DNA from: Hydrolagus affinis
Taxonomy: Eukaryota
Assembly: GCA_012026655.1 (NCBI GenBank)
Contig: JAAILG010000297.1
Coordinates: forward strand, 1 to 64,000
Direction of reading: 5' to 3'
Length of the DNA: 64,000 nucleotides
Made by a program: the position numbers and the translations under genes. This document shows positions 49,560 through 63,447 of this stretch, one piece after another. Each line of letters begins with the position of its first letter. Within the stretch, counting starts at the first letter, position 1. Under the pieces are notes generated by a model. The model saw nothing but the letters and a program-made list of their open reading frames with translations. It was not told the origin of the DNA and searched no databases.

Positions 49560-50062
49560 TCCTCACCCACAAGTATCTACTCAGGTTCACAACTCTGCAG
49601 CCCGTGTCCTCTACTGCTCCAAGCTTCATGACCCCATCTCCCCCATCCTCGCCTGACTCCATGGCTCCCCATCACCCAGAGAATTCAATTCAAGATCCTG
49701 GTCTTCACATTCAAAGTGCTCCATGGCCTCATCCCACTCTACTTCTGTGACCTCTTAACTCTCTACCAACCTGCCCGGTCTGCTCCATGTCCAGTGATCC
49801 ACTTGCCCCACCATTGCCCCCAACCTCTGGAACTCCATCCCGCAGTCCCTCTGCCTCGCCCCCTCCCTGACCTCCTTCAAGTCCCACCTCAAGACCCTAC
49901 TCTTCGATGGTCCCATCAGTCATCCCAAATCCTCCCCTTTCTCTTCACCCTTGCCATCCCCAAACCCCAGCTCGGATCTGAAACAATGACTGTCCAGCAC
50001 CTTGGGACATCCTGCTGACGTGAAAGGCGCTTTAGAAGTGTAATTTTGTTGTTGTTGTTGTT
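49560..50062 (+). mobile_element. L2 LINE 3' end (frameshifted ORF2 remnant, 3' UTR, (ttg)n tail)
   Basis: FKILVFTFKVLHGLIP...LWNSIPQSL...FKSHLKTLLF-like translation; tail ttgggacatcctgctgacgtgaaaggcgct...taattttgttgttgttg. Confidence 0.85.
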
Positions 50063-50112
50063 TATATAATATCCAGAGGAAAGGTAAACCAATGAGCACT
50101 TGTTCAGTCAGA

Positions 50113-50178
50113 TAATAATACTAATAATAATCTTTGCATTTGATATAGTGCCTTATCACGTCTTCGAGACGTCTCAAA
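50113..50178 (-). mobile_element. SINE tail fragment
   Basis: aataatctttgcatttgatatagtgccttatcacgtcttcgagacgtctcaaa. Confidence 0.75.
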
Positions 50179-52939
50179 TGAATGTTGTGGACGAATTGAG
50201 TAATATAAGGTAATCATAACTTATCGAAGCAACCAAAATGGTCCATTCATGTAGTTGAATGGATGTGCGTCCTGCATAATCTAACTGGAAATAAATACAA
50301 TATATGTCCCTTTTAAAACCATAAATATACAATACAGTTACCATGCATTAAATATAATTTTTCTATTTGGTAAAAATGACTACGCCCACAATGTCCTTTC
50401 TTTTCTCAGCACTACCTCTGAGAAGAATAAAGTCCCAGGGAACTGAAAGCAAAAGTAGCAATTAGGAAAACAGTTGGCTGTCAAGCAGGATCAATCTTGT
50501 GTTAGATGGAGATTCTGATGGATTAAGGGCTTAGATTCTAGTAGATGAAAAAACACAAGACCAGCCAATATGGTATCAACTTCTAGCATTTCAAGAACAA
50601 CAATAAAGAAACTGCAAACAAAATGAATTTACTTTGCAGCTTGAAGATGACTGTAGAAAAGGGCAGATTGATGCAAAATATCCAAGGACACAGAACAAAA
50701 AAAGCCTTGAAAAGGAAACCAGGGATAAGCAAATCAGCCCATGGGGAGGGTAAAAGGTTAAGTTACACACAATCAAACAGGAAAGCATTGTAAATATATT
50801 CTCTGAGCAAAATATAAAAACAAATTCAAAATGTACTAAGAAATCAATAAATATTCCAATGTTAATGTGTACTGTACTTGCAAGGAATGTGCACTCTATT
50901 CCTTCTATTTGTTTCAAGACTTATTTTACATTTCTCTGCACCTTTTAAATGTCGCTAACCTTTCTGAACTTTTTTCCCAAGTAAACTAATGGTACTGTAC
51001 TAGTTGGAGGTCTGTTTCGCTAGAGATAATCCTCCAAAGTTACTGTTTATCAACAAGAGGTCCAGCAGAAGGAACAGGTAGCGGCAGAAAAAAGTTCATT
51101 AGAAAAATTAAATTTGGTCGGAACTCACAAGAGCAGCATTAATCGAAACAAGGATTAAAATGGGCAACGCAGATTCAGAGTAGATCCTGTAACCCAAACA
51201 ATTCTTGGTGTTGACATGATGTTTGTCTCTTGTTCACTGTGACCTGAACTAATGTGCATTAAGGCGTTTCTGCGGCTGTCGCTATGCATTAAGGCACCAC
51301 AGCTGTCGCTGTCATTTTCATTGACTGATTGAGAATTGTACTCTTAATGTGAGATTTACTAAGGCTACTAGGATTGAAATTCTAGCTGTGAAACCAAGGT
51401 GGGCAGAGCTACAGCTGACCTTGGACTGGAAAAATTAGTATTGGTGGTAATAACAGCTAAAGTAACATTTCAAACTATATTATCATTGCTAATAATACAC
51501 CGTAACAGATGACACCAAGCGGAAATGTTTAGAATTTTGATCGGTAGTTCTTCTCCTTATATTGTGGCGTATTTCAGTGATCAGTCAAGGACAGAAATTA
51601 ATTCTTCACTGACCCCGTCAGCATTGTTCTGTTCATGTTACAGAGGTAAGTGAATCTCTCAAACCTTGGTGTGGCCTATCATTAGAATAAGCCTTACGAT
51701 TTGGCCATTGTTTGTCCAAACTCTGCTAAAACTTGATTTCCCGGCATCTCATGACCATTTGGTTTGTAAGCTGTCACATTGCTGCTTCAACTGGTAAGCC
51801 ATCCCAAGGGCAATACACTCATGCCTTAGGTAGCTCAAACAGGATTGCAAAACGCCCTGGAAAAAGTAAGCCCTATGTAAATGGTACTTGTTTGTAAAAC
51901 AGACTGAAAGGGCCATTGTTTTGCTGCAGGTTCGAGGAATGATCAGGTTCACATTCAGCTTATTGCAAAGTCAAAAACGATTAGCGTATTCCACAGTTCA
52001 TCAGTTCCAACATGTGCACTGAATATACAGTAGTAAACACCTCAACGGTGATGTACATTATGCCTGCCTTATGATATCAAATGTGGATTTAAAATTCCTG
52101 CCCCCTTACCCCCCCCTCCAGCATCAGCGGTTTATAAATAGCGGATATGCAAATTGCAATGAGTTCAGGTGTCAGTTCAAATCAACTTCAATTTCTCTTT
52201 TAATAGGTCTAGTACTTGAAAAACCAGTGGAGGGAAATCAACAACAATTTACACTTAACCTTTAAAAAATCTCAAAATGATTTACAAAGATTGGGCATGG
52301 ATAAATGGACCCAACGCATTAACTGGAAAATGATCAGTTTTTTGCTTTCATCAGCAGCCAAAGTGAAATGGATGGAAACAAACAATTACAATGAATTTCC
52401 AACAACAGCAATATTGCTTTCTGTTCTTACCTTATTTTATCTTTATGAAGTTGCACTGCATTGTAACAGGTTAAATTACTGGGATAATTTGACAGTGGAA
52501 ATGTTGGATATTTATGCTACTAATCAGCGAGCCAAGCATCTTCATAACTGTAAATGTTAACTGGAGGGATTGCATTCCTAAAATTTGAAATTACAGTACT
52601 GTATACCTTCGGCTGCAAAAATATCTTAGTCTTAATCATAGACGTAAGAGTATGGACTTCCAGAAGTGTATGAAATTCTTGAATTTAGTCAATTTTCCCA
52701 AATTTTTAAATGATCATACAAAATTTCATGGATCAAAGTGAGAGGAACTTATTTAGTCCTAATTTTCTCTCTATCTGTCTCTCTCAGGTTAGAATGTAAT
52801 TTTGTTGTTGTAGAGTCAGTTGTTTTTATGTAATAGCTTTTGAAATGTACCTGGGAATGTATACACAACTGTGCTTGCTTTGTTACATTAATCATTATTT
52901 AGATGGAAGTATTTTTAAACTATTCAAAGCACCGTAGGT

Positions 52940-53135
52940 AAACTGAGTGAGTTAGATAGAATACTATCATTTCACCTCTGAATTTGAATCGGAATCTAGT
53001 CAAGATGGATTGAAAGTATCGTTTCTCTCTCCTATTTGCTGTATGGGAACCTCTGAGAAATCATCTTAGAAAGTTTCAACCTATTTCCTTGTGGTTGCAG
53101 GCCACAACCCAAAATTAGAACCAATATGACACACA
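52940..53135 (+). mobile_element. Decayed LF-SINE-like fragment
   Basis: tttcacctctg...gaatctagtcaagatggattgaaagt...tttccttgtgg...ccacaac; a related piece lies near 2305-2400; from memory of the consensus only. Confidence 0.3.
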
Positions 53136-55166
53136 GCAGGAGGTCACTATACTATTTTTTTTCACATCAGCATTTGCTCTTCCCAAGAAGCAATCCTAAT
53201 CCAATTATCTACTCTATCCCTGTACCACCTGGTACCATTCCAAAAAGTGTTTCTCTGTTTTGTTTCCTCTGCTTTCCCTGTTAAATATCTTTTGATTTAC
53301 ATGTGGTTTATAATAAATATTTGCACTTAATATGATATATTTTAGGTCAGATGCCTCAAAGCATTTCACAGGATTGGCTGTAACTTGTAGTGACTGTGCG
53401 TTGAAACAAGCCATCAAACTAATGATCTCACTCATGGGGCATGGTGTGGGAAGTACTGCAGCAAGAAATCAATGGATACAATAACAACAACAATTTGCAT
53501 TTCTATAGCGCCCTGTGTAGCATCGAAAAAACTGATGTGGTCAAAGAGTTCTTTTGAGGTTTGAGCTGAGACACATTGTTCGGGCAGCACGACCTATGTT
53601 TTTGTTCATCAACAAACATTCTGCAAAGCAACTTGAGTGACTTGAGACTGGATTTCCCAAAAAGGGGAAAAACAAATTCGATTTGCCAGCCCTGATGTCG
53701 TTCGTGCATCTTTTATGAGCAATAAAATTGACCAAGAATGGATTTGGATAATCAGATCACTCGTGGCACCGCTTAAACACTTTCATCTTCAAAATTACAC
53801 ACTAGTCTCCTGCAGTTAATGATGATGCCCGATCAACAACAGCAATGGCCAAAGTGACAGCAGGCAAGGATCAGCATTCAAACCATGACACTACAGAACT
53901 AACCACATCATTATTACATCTCTCGATGCATCAAACTCTATGATGCAAAAGGAAGAGGCTGTCCCACATTCCTTGATTTTACAGGGGGCTAAAGGACATG
54001 GTGCACTCCAATAAAGAACTGTTCATTTGCTTCAGTACATGGCTGATATTTCAGGAATGCATTATTTCCAATAGGACTTTCAAGCTATTTTTGACCCTTT
54101 GAATGGGAAAGCAGATAGAGCCGAAAATATTGAGAAGAGAAAAGCTAATTTGATTCACCGTATTTGAAACACGACATCCAAGTGATATCGAGCTACCAGG
54201 AGTTACAACCCAGCTTAACATACATGGCTGAAATCTAACTGTTATTACATATCTTTATAACATTTAAACTATACCGAAAGCTTGTTGAGATCCTTTTTAA
54301 AAAAAACACTTGAGCAATAAAGTCAACACGAGAAGAAAATTGCATTGATTTAATCAAGATTCTACATTAAAGCACCACTTTGCTTTAGAATCGTAACCAA
54401 GATTGCGAGTGCCTTAGAATGCAGCAGCATAGTCTGAAGCAAGCTTCATTATTTCTGTTTGTCTCTTACACTGTCACTGCCGTGTTTTGCTATTCAGGTC
54501 TGTTCCCACCGGGACAATATCTCGTGTGACAAGGAGGGAAAACAGTTATTTTTACAGTATCCCTTATATGACACAAAAAAAAAGCCAGCTTGAATCATCT
54601 TTACATTGTTCTGCATGTGGCAGGACTATTTTTAACTACATACTGCCTATTTATATAGCCACTCCCTATCTCCAGTTTGATGCAGTATAGTTTTACAATG
54701 CAGTACAGCATAATGCGAATGTCATGTTTCAAATAGGATAACTGTTGAATTAACTTATCTCATCTCAATATTTGCCACATTATCCTTTGCCATTCAAGTG
54801 GTCAAAAATAGCTCTAAAGTCCTATTGAATATAATAAATTCCTGAAATATCTGAACGGCAAACGGTTTAGCCTTTGCTTCTACATCAGCAATGGTGCTCT
54901 GTATTCAGCTGGAAGCAGCCAATTACACTGCATAGTATTCTAGAGCTGAGAACGTATATAGCCCTGACAGCAAGGACCTTTTACAATATGCCCAAAGTCC
55001 CCAAACAATTTAAAGTGGTCTATTTATGGACATCCTGTTTATGGCGTTTCCATGCACAAAATATAAACAGGATGTGAAGTACCATGAAAACAAAATCAGC
55101 GTATTTTGTCTGACTTGACTATGGGAGTGCTCAGGTGGATACATTTTTGCCCTGTTGGAAATTAGG

Positions 55167-55305
55167 AAGAATATACTGTAAAGTGAATTGACGGTATATT
55201 TGTGGGCGAAACGCGGCAGCCAATTACACACAGCAGTGTCCCACAAATAGCCGATTGAAATGACCAATTTATAATTTTTTTGTGTGGGTTTATTATTATT
55301 ATTGT
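55167..55305 (-). mobile_element. Deu-SINE internal fragment
   Basis: gaatatactgtaaagtgaattgacggtatatttgtgggcgaaacgcggcagccaatt...gtgtcccacaaa. Confidence 0.8.
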
Positions 55306-56205
55306 TATGATAAATTCACACTGGCGTTTGATTCAGAACCTTATATCTTATATCAAAACACCTCAAGAGTACTTGTTAGATTGAATATCTTTACTTCCAG
55401 GCTATGTACATTTTATCGTGTAGGCCAAGGTGATGATTAGTCAATGAGATGAATGACAAAACCATCTGGATTTCATTTTAAGGTGAATATTCTCCCTAGG
55501 AATGGTCCATCCACAGGTGGGAAATGAATGATGTCAAACAGACAGCAGATATGACAGAAAAAGAATAATAGGTTTTCACTGCGACTAAACTGCAAAAAAC
55601 GCGAATGTAGTTTAGTTGTTTAAGATTGTTTTCAGGTAGATATCGCTGTGTGAAAAATGAAGATAGATTTTTTTGTTCCATGCAGTCATCAATTCATAGT
55701 TGTCAGCTCCACATACATGCCTGCAACTACAAGCCTCTATTACAAATGTTATAGTGGCCATTACACTGTAAGCAAACAACTACCATCAAGTTAATGTGTT
55801 CACCCCTCAAAGACAGCTCAAAACTGAAAGTAATACTGCAATAGAATTCTGAACACAGCACTTGGCTCTTCAATTGAAAACTGCCGTAAAGTGCAGTGGG
55901 AATGCAGATGCGCAGATGTGATAATTCTGTTGTTGGAAACAAACAGCTGTCACAACATTGAGAGACAATTTGCAACGTTATGTGTGCTTTACATAAACTG
56001 AATAAAACACAGAGGAAGAAACTGCAGCACAAGGACGGACGTTCTCAGCAAACGAGGCACTGTCATCACTGAAAGAGTTTTGCAATAACTGTAACTGAAC
56101 AGGGAAATCTACAAACAGAACTGTGCAGGGTTTGTTCATGTAGCTAAGACGAATGCTGCATTGTGTGAGTTTGGGGGAGAATACTATTAGAAAAAAGCTA
56201 CTCTA

Positions 56206-56272
56206 CAACAACAAAACAACAAATTACATTTATAGAGCGCCTTTCACGTCGGGAGGACGTCCCAAGGCGCTG
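56206..56272 (-). mobile_element. L2 tail fragment (CpGs intact, probably young)
   Basis: aaattacatttatagagcgcctttcacgtcgggaggacgtcccaaggcgctg. Confidence 0.8.
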
Positions 56273-57216
56273 CAACTCTAGGCTACTTCCCTTCACTCCT
56301 GGCCCGCATCTCTCTCTCCCCATCCCATATCTCCCTCACACCACCCCCCCTCCCCCCCCCACCACCACCACCACACAAACACACAGACACAGAGTCCCAC
56401 AATGTGAATCCTTTGGTCTTTATCCATTTCTGTCTTGGAACTAACCATCACTCTACAATTCTAGAAGTGTTTGGAAAACATTTTGTTTCTTTGGGGAGAA
56501 AATGGAGCCAAAACGGGCCTGGGATAATTCCATTGGAATGAACGTCAAACACAAATAGTGTAGCTCTGCAAGATTTACTTCATAAGTTAGTGGATTTGCA
56601 AGCGAGCCAATTTTAGACACTCTTCAAGTGATGGCACTGGATTTTCAAAAAAAAAGATTACATTCGAATGATTGCTGAATTTGAACAAAGAATCAATTGA
56701 TTCAAATTTGGGAGCCTGATGAGAACCTGATTAATTGTGAATTCAGCAGTTTCTTTTTCTCCATATGAATGTATTCCTGGTGTTATTCCTTCTGTACTTA
56801 TAGCTATCTCAGGAATTTGCCTTAAACCTATTTAGTTCGCTGATTACCACGGAGCAGCCTGGTTAGTTTTCTGGTGCCTCTGCTGAAGCAAAACCAGATG
56901 AAAGTGAGCAGTGAATCCTATCTTTTAAATGAAGTTGCAGTTTGTGGTCTGATTCTCTGGAAGCTTGGAGGATTGGATTGTGGTATGAAAATATGTAAAG
57001 GATTCAGAGTGAAGATTATTATATGGTTGTTTTTAAGAAAGGGTATGTGGACTTAATCATGTGCAAGTAATTTGATGATTTCAATAATCACATGCTAACA
57101 TGAAGAGTGAAGAGATTGAAGTTTTTTGTTTTCAGATTTCGTTCGGTGATTTTTATACATTTAGAGTTGATTTAATAATATGAAGAAGAATGGGGATGGT
57201 GTCTGAGTGTATGCAT

Positions 57217-57234
57217 GTGTGTGTGTGTGTGTGT
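57217..57234. repeat. (TG)n microsatellite
   Basis: tgtgtgtgtgtgtgtgt run. Confidence 0.85.
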
Positions 57235-58409
57235 AAATAGGCCACAATCTGTGTAAAGTTCACAATCATCTTTAGTTTGAAGTGTAATTTGGGTCGAATG
57301 AAAACCACCAAATGCTAATCCGAGTATTGAGGTGACATGACACAGGTGGCTCAGCTCTCAGAAGCCAACCATCAGATACTAAAGCATTAACATTCAGGGG
57401 TCAGGATTACAATCAGTGCCAATGCCTTGTCCTCAGGTTCAAAGGGTGATGTTATTCCTTGTAACACAGTTTGGAGAAAACTGGGCAAGAAATAGCTGTT
57501 ATCTTCAGTTCTCTAAGTAGTTCATTTCATTGATAACCTTCAGTGAATCAACAATGGCATGACTGTTAGAAAAATTTAGATATTAATATCTGTTGTCACT
57601 TACCAACAAGCTTAATATCTGCCAAAGAAAAAACTGACCTCTAAAGTGTACTACAATGAGACAAGTTCTCCACATCAATTCAGTTTCTCCCCTGCCAGAG
57701 GTTATTTTCTTGGATCAACTTGAAAGTAGTATTACAGTTCTGGCTGATTCACCAAAAGATTTAAACCCTTAACTCTACACGCCTTAACTGAACAAACTAC
57801 TGTACTCATTTCTAGTTAGAAACAAACAACTAAGAAAGCAATACAGCATCCTAAAAGAGAAATAGGCACAGGGCTCTCTGTCAGTGCATATGCACGAGCA
57901 GGCCATCAATAAACATACATGTAATATCTGTCACATGCACCAGCATTGTGATGTCTGTCAAAATATCCTGCTGAGACATCAATACAAACGAGCGACTCCA
58001 CTCATTCACACACTTGACTGCTGAACCCCTATTAACAACAGCAAATCACAACAGATTACATGTGTAAAGCTCCATTCAATTTTTATGTTCTCTCTTTTGA
58101 AACCGGCAAAATGGAAAACACACGTGCGCCCAAAAAATAAATGGCAATGGCCTGGAAATTCCTCTGGGCAGAAGGCAATAAGATTCCAGTGTCTTGTAAT
58201 TCGATCAATAAGAGCATCGGATTATTTTGTTCCACTAGTGATAATCATCAGATTATAATGTGGAAGCATTCACGCATTGATCTTGCAAGGCAATATCTAG
58301 CACTAAACACAGATAGAAGTGAGGAGAGGGCAGAGAGTCCACTCAAGTGGTAAGTAATGCTTACAGAATTGGCTGCAGAGAGACTCATGTACACAGACAT
58401 ATACACATC

Positions 58410-58446
58410 ATATATACATATCAGTACATGATATATACATATCAGT
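58410..58446. repeat. Short tandem duplication (atatatacatatcagt twice, period 21)
   Basis: Copies at 58410-58425 and 58431-58446. Confidence 0.8.
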
Positions 58447-58821
58447 GAAACAGCCACCAAAAAGGAGGTATCAATGAAAGTGAGAATAGATTCATTTCTG
58501 TGCTTGGTATCCATTGCAATTCTATCCCAGGTTTGAAAGTTAAATACTTTACATGTTAGTTGTAGCTTTACATATGTAAAGAACATTCACAATATTGTGA
58601 CAACAAATTCAAGAAAGACTTAAATATCTACCTGTGAGTAATTCAATTGAAGGGCATGAGAGATGATGGGGCAGTGTGGGAATATCACACTTCAGCTTGT
58701 GCTTTCCAGGAATCGACAATCAATTATTTACTGGCATAAAGATGCTGATCTGAGGGAAACTGCGTAGAAAGTAATTAATGCTAAGTCTGGCTGTTGCACA
58801 AGACTGAACCAAGGCACAGTT

Positions 58822-58913
58822 TATAATAATTAATAATCCTTGAATTTTATAAAGTGCCTTATCGTGTCGTTCAGACATCTCAAAGTGCTTCAGAGGATAC
58901 ATATTGTGGGTAA
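58822..58913 (-). mobile_element. SINE tail fragment
   Basis: aataatccttgaatttt...gacatctcaaagtgcttcagag. Confidence 0.7.
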
Positions 58914-60564
58914 AATACTTTATCACCATGTGGAACAGGTCATGGAATCAATCTACCCTCCATCTGGCTTTGTATCTGTTTTCATACTCTGTCACTCTCA
59001 TAAACATTCCATTTACTGACCTCAAATGGCGTGGGCAGCAAAAGTTATCAAGGAACAACATAGTTTTCCAACCACTCGTCTGATATGGGAAACCAGCAAG
59101 GAAAGAGAACCAAGGAATCACAAGTAATCCATCCAGCCTACTTTCAAAACCAAAAAGGGAGCTAATTAGATTGTTACTGCGTACAAATCCTCCCTGTTAG
59201 GTTCAGACTTTGCCGAGCAGAAATCCAGCTACAGCATCACTTCAATCATTGCTGCTGTTTCAAAGGCTTCAACATAAACACGAACAAGAATGTGCTTTGC
59301 AACATCTGTTAGATGAAAGTCAGCAACGTAGCATGAACTGGAACATTTATAACAGACCAATGAGTTACTTCTCATGCACGTAACCCTAAGGAATGGCGTA
59401 CAATATGAGGCCTCCCTCCCCTATGATCATTGTGACACGTGAGATTATGAGTCTTTCGCTTGGTTAACGCTAGACTGCTCATTCCATTACCGATGGGTGT
59501 TTAAAGCACAGAATTATGAGAGTTAGAGCTCCACAGCATCTGAATGGATTTACGGAGGTTTCCATTTTTAACTTTCCTTAACTTTGAATGAGATTGACAA
59601 AAGGCTGGAAATAGTCAGTGATAAAAGTGTGTTGTTGGCTGCATTATTTCCAGTGGTAGTAAATCTGCAGCACCAAAATCTCTGTTTGTGTAGCACACCA
59701 ACCACAATAGCATTCGCTGTGTCAGGGGAATTCCCTTCCATAGCATTGCTGAGGGGTTCGGGGTTCAAGTCACCTGAATGAAATTCAGGGAAGAAGGTGT
59801 GATGATAATCATTGAACTGGCTTCAAGCACGTTGGATTTTAACAGCCAAAGCCTTAATTGTAAAAGAAAATTACAACTGCAAACACACAAATCATATACT
59901 GGAGATACAGTAATTTGTACAGTACTTAGATTATCACCAGTGATAATTATTACACCAAACGCCGCATTCATACCTTTTGTCCCACTACCACGGACAGGAC
60001 TGGCCTGTATCATTCCTAAGCAGACTAGTAATATTGTTGGTCAGCGACAGAGGACAAAATGTTTTGTTTTTCTGCCTGTTTAAAAGCTTAGAAGTGTTCT
60101 GTTTGAGTGATGAAAATGAATAAACGCAGGTTGCATTGATTATTACATCCTGAATGAAGCGATTCTCAAAACTCTACAAGGCCTCAGTTATCTCCAGAAT
60201 GCTCTTCATAAAATAACAGTGTCAACGAGATGCGGATAGAAATAAGTCGACAAACATATTCCTATATCTCGAACAACGTTCTTTTTCTCCCGCTCCCCTT
60301 CTCTCCCTCTCCCGCCTGTAGACATGTAGACAAACGTACTTAGTTCACCAATTCAGCACTTTGGTGAAAATATGACTGACAGAACAAATCTCCTCTTCGC
60401 TGCTAGAGTATTAGAACCACTTCACTCACTACATTAAATCGGATTTAAATTGATAAAAGGTTAGTGATACAAGCGATCAGCAGGCTGACTCACAGGCTGC
60501 TCCACTTATGACAGAACAAGCAGTGCTTAACCTTTTCAATGCTACGTGATTCCCAATGACATAC

Positions 60565-60800
60565 CTCGCTCGGAGCCACTGGGATCCCTGTAGGAAGCAG
60601 CATTTCTAGTTTTTTTTAGACCTCATCCTTGGCGCTGGCGGGATCTGCTTCTCAGCATCGATGGGGACTCGCATACAGTGGCTGACAGCTGAACAACCGA
60701 GTCAAGTATGATTTTGTCTCCATTTAGAACTATGCTACCGATATCATAACTGCAGCACTGAGCCACTTAAATTCAGTGGAGCCACTTCCTCCTGTTGGTC
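60565..60800 (-). other. Candidate non-coding first exon of FRMD6
   Basis: Strong donor GAG|GTATGT at 60565 and locally raised CpG; 5' boundary not defined. Confidence 0.4.
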
Positions 60801-61080
60801 TGCTTATACTGTTAGGAAGGAGAAATAACGGTGTGTGTGTGTGCTTGAGAGGTGGGGTAGGAGGTTCCAAACAAAACAAGGCCAAGAGTTTGCTGCAGAC
60901 CCTCCCGCTCGCTCCCCTCCAATAAACAAAGCCTTTTCGAGAACTTGCCTGCACAGTGGCTCCTTGTTCCATTGGCAAGGAACAATCCCCATAAAAAAAT
61001 TACACATGCACCAACAGTTTCTGCTTGGAGCAGCAAGAAAGTTAAATCAATATCGCTCTGATTGATGACTCACTGCAGCT
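60780..61080 (-). promoter_or_regulatory. Candidate FRMD6 promoter
   Basis: On the minus strand: TATAAG near 60805, ETS-like GGAAGT near 60786, GC-rich ggaggggagcgagcgggaggg near 60900-60920, AP-1 TGACTCA near 61066. Motif evidence only. Confidence 0.35.
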
Positions 61081-62399
61081 TTTTTTTAAAATATGTGATG
61101 TTTATCACATTGATTTGGTTCCTGTTTGTTACTATAAATGAGATAGGTTCCTGATAAGAGGAGCACACCACATCATTGCGATGAGCAGCACCTGTCAGTA
61201 CATGTCAGCAACATTGTACCTTCCTTACTCTATAACCTGCTCAGCTTAACATACAATCTGTGACCATTTCACGCTAGTCACAGTGATTGGTATGAAAGCT
61301 TCTGCAATACACATTCTGCAATAGACATCTCTGTTAGGATTAAAAATAACGATAATTATAATCGACAAATAGATGTACAGCCGTATCACCTCGGGAGGAT
61401 ATTTCAAAGTGCTTTACGGGATTTATTGTATGATGTGCATTCTGTAGGTGACTGTAGCAGCCAATTTATTGCAATATCCCTACAAACATCCATGGAATGC
61501 ATGACCAATACCTCTGTGGCAGTCTCGCTAATCCTGCTCCTAAACCAGGCTGGTCCACAGCACCCTGGGTACCCCACCCCCACCCAGTCCATTAGTAGGA
61601 CTTGGAAGGGCAAAGGAATCCTAACTCTCCATGCACACTCTAGCTTTTTCCGACCTGCACCTAATACTTTCCGGAGTTAAGTACGCAGGCATGTGTCCCT
61701 CCAGGGAGAGTGCACGCATTCCGCTCCAATAATGTACCTCTGGAATTCCCACATGTAGGTGGGATGCATGTTATTCTCAGTTTGGTTTGGGTACTACAGT
61801 ATTAGGCACGGTGATGGGTTTCTACACATGTCAGACACCCAACTGACCAAAAAAACTCTAGTAATGAAGCAAAGCTCTACAGTCCATGTCAGGGTTTCAA
61901 AATGTATCTCACCACTAAAATACCCAAGTGACACAAACTACCCATTAACTAACTGAGTTAGCTAGTTTGCATGTTTAATTCATGCTCCTGAAAGAATCTC
62001 TAGTGTTGACGTATAAAAAAAAGTTGGTGAAAAATGCACCAGTTCATATTAAATTCAATGTGAAATGAAGCACCACATTTTCATTCCTTACTGTAGACTA
62101 AGCTTTTAATTCCCCCGTAGTTTTGAATCAGAAGCACCAAATGTTTTGCTTTTTATATCTGCCTGTGATTCATGCATCAATACCATTATTCTGCAGTGAA
62201 GATGTCATAATAAGCTCTCAGCATTTTCAATCGTTGTCGTACAGCTTCGTACATGAGGTCATTACCCAATTCCTCGTTTATTAAGACTCCTGCACGTTTC
62301 TAATGACAGAAAAGTGATGAGTCAGTATCAGCTTGTAGTTCAGTCTCAGGGTTCGGCTGTCATCCATAAATCATTTGACATTTGGACATAAATCATCAG

Positions 62400-62548
62400 G
62401 ACGTCTCAAGACCTTCCACTTTGAATGTCCCTTCGGCCAGCCTCCTATCCTTCATGTAGTCCACCTTCCCTGATCCCCAAACCCCCTGCTTGGGATCAAA
62501 TCCCTGACTGTCCAGCACATTGGGAAGGCGCTATGCAAATGCAATTTC
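62400..62548 (+). mobile_element. Decayed L2 3' end
   Basis: ctcaagacc...ccccaaaccccc...tgactgtccagcacattgggaaggcgctatgcaaatgcaatt, similar to 49888-50045. Confidence 0.65.
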
Positions 62549-63121
62549 ATACTGCATTTTGCATTGAATAAATCTGAACCATTTCAGTCAAATTACATCT
62601 TTTACTCTGGTTCACAACCAACGCATAATTCCACATAGATTTATTCTATGGTGAGTTTGAATTAAAATTCCTATCATTAAGATCTCAATGTGGGGCATTG
62701 TAAAATAGCAAGTTCATTACAATCATTTATTACTCGATGGTATGTCATTTCAAAGCCTTTTATGAAACTTTAGAATGTCCAATGAATAAAGGCTGCCTGG
62801 CCAGTGACTGAAGAGAATGACGTTACTGCCCAACTCACAAGTGTCATATTATGCTACAATTGAGTGTATCGAATGATGTTGCTGAAATTTGCATTTTTTT
62901 ACAATTACAATTCAAGAAAAGAATGCTTAATGTTTAAGCCTTTGATAGACCTTCATGTTCTACTAGGCTCTAGGTAGTCCTAAACGTTATGGTAAATTAG
63001 ATACTGTACTTTGTTGATACCACGAACTGAGCATTACAATCAGACCTTGTAACAAACTGCAGTGACAGTGGCATGAAAATCTGTGGCAATCACTGGATAT
63101 AATTGGTTTACATACCCAATC

Positions 63122-63447
63122 ATAATAATAATAATCCTTGCATTTGATATAGAACTTTTAACGTCTTCTGGACGTCTCAAAGCTCTTCACAGAATAAACT
63201 AAAATATGGCAATATGGCAAAATAAAAAACAGCGATGTCCCACAAACAGTCGTGGATTGAGTAATCAAATTACCATTTTTTTTTAGAGTTTATTATCCCC
63301 AGAAAAGCAATCCGCCAATCGCCCAATCGGGTTCCCACTTACTGCTAGGTAAACAGATGCATGGAGTAAGGAAACTCGCCCAATATTCCTGGTGGGACTA
63401 GAACCCAGGTCTCTCGTTTGCGAGGCGAGAGCTCAAACCGCTGAGCA
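63122..63447 (-). mobile_element. Near full-length SINE of the same family, longer internal variant
   Basis: Head ctcagcggtttgagctctcgcc...gggttctagtccc; same core and (tta)n tail; extra segment near 63298-63357. Confidence 0.8.
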
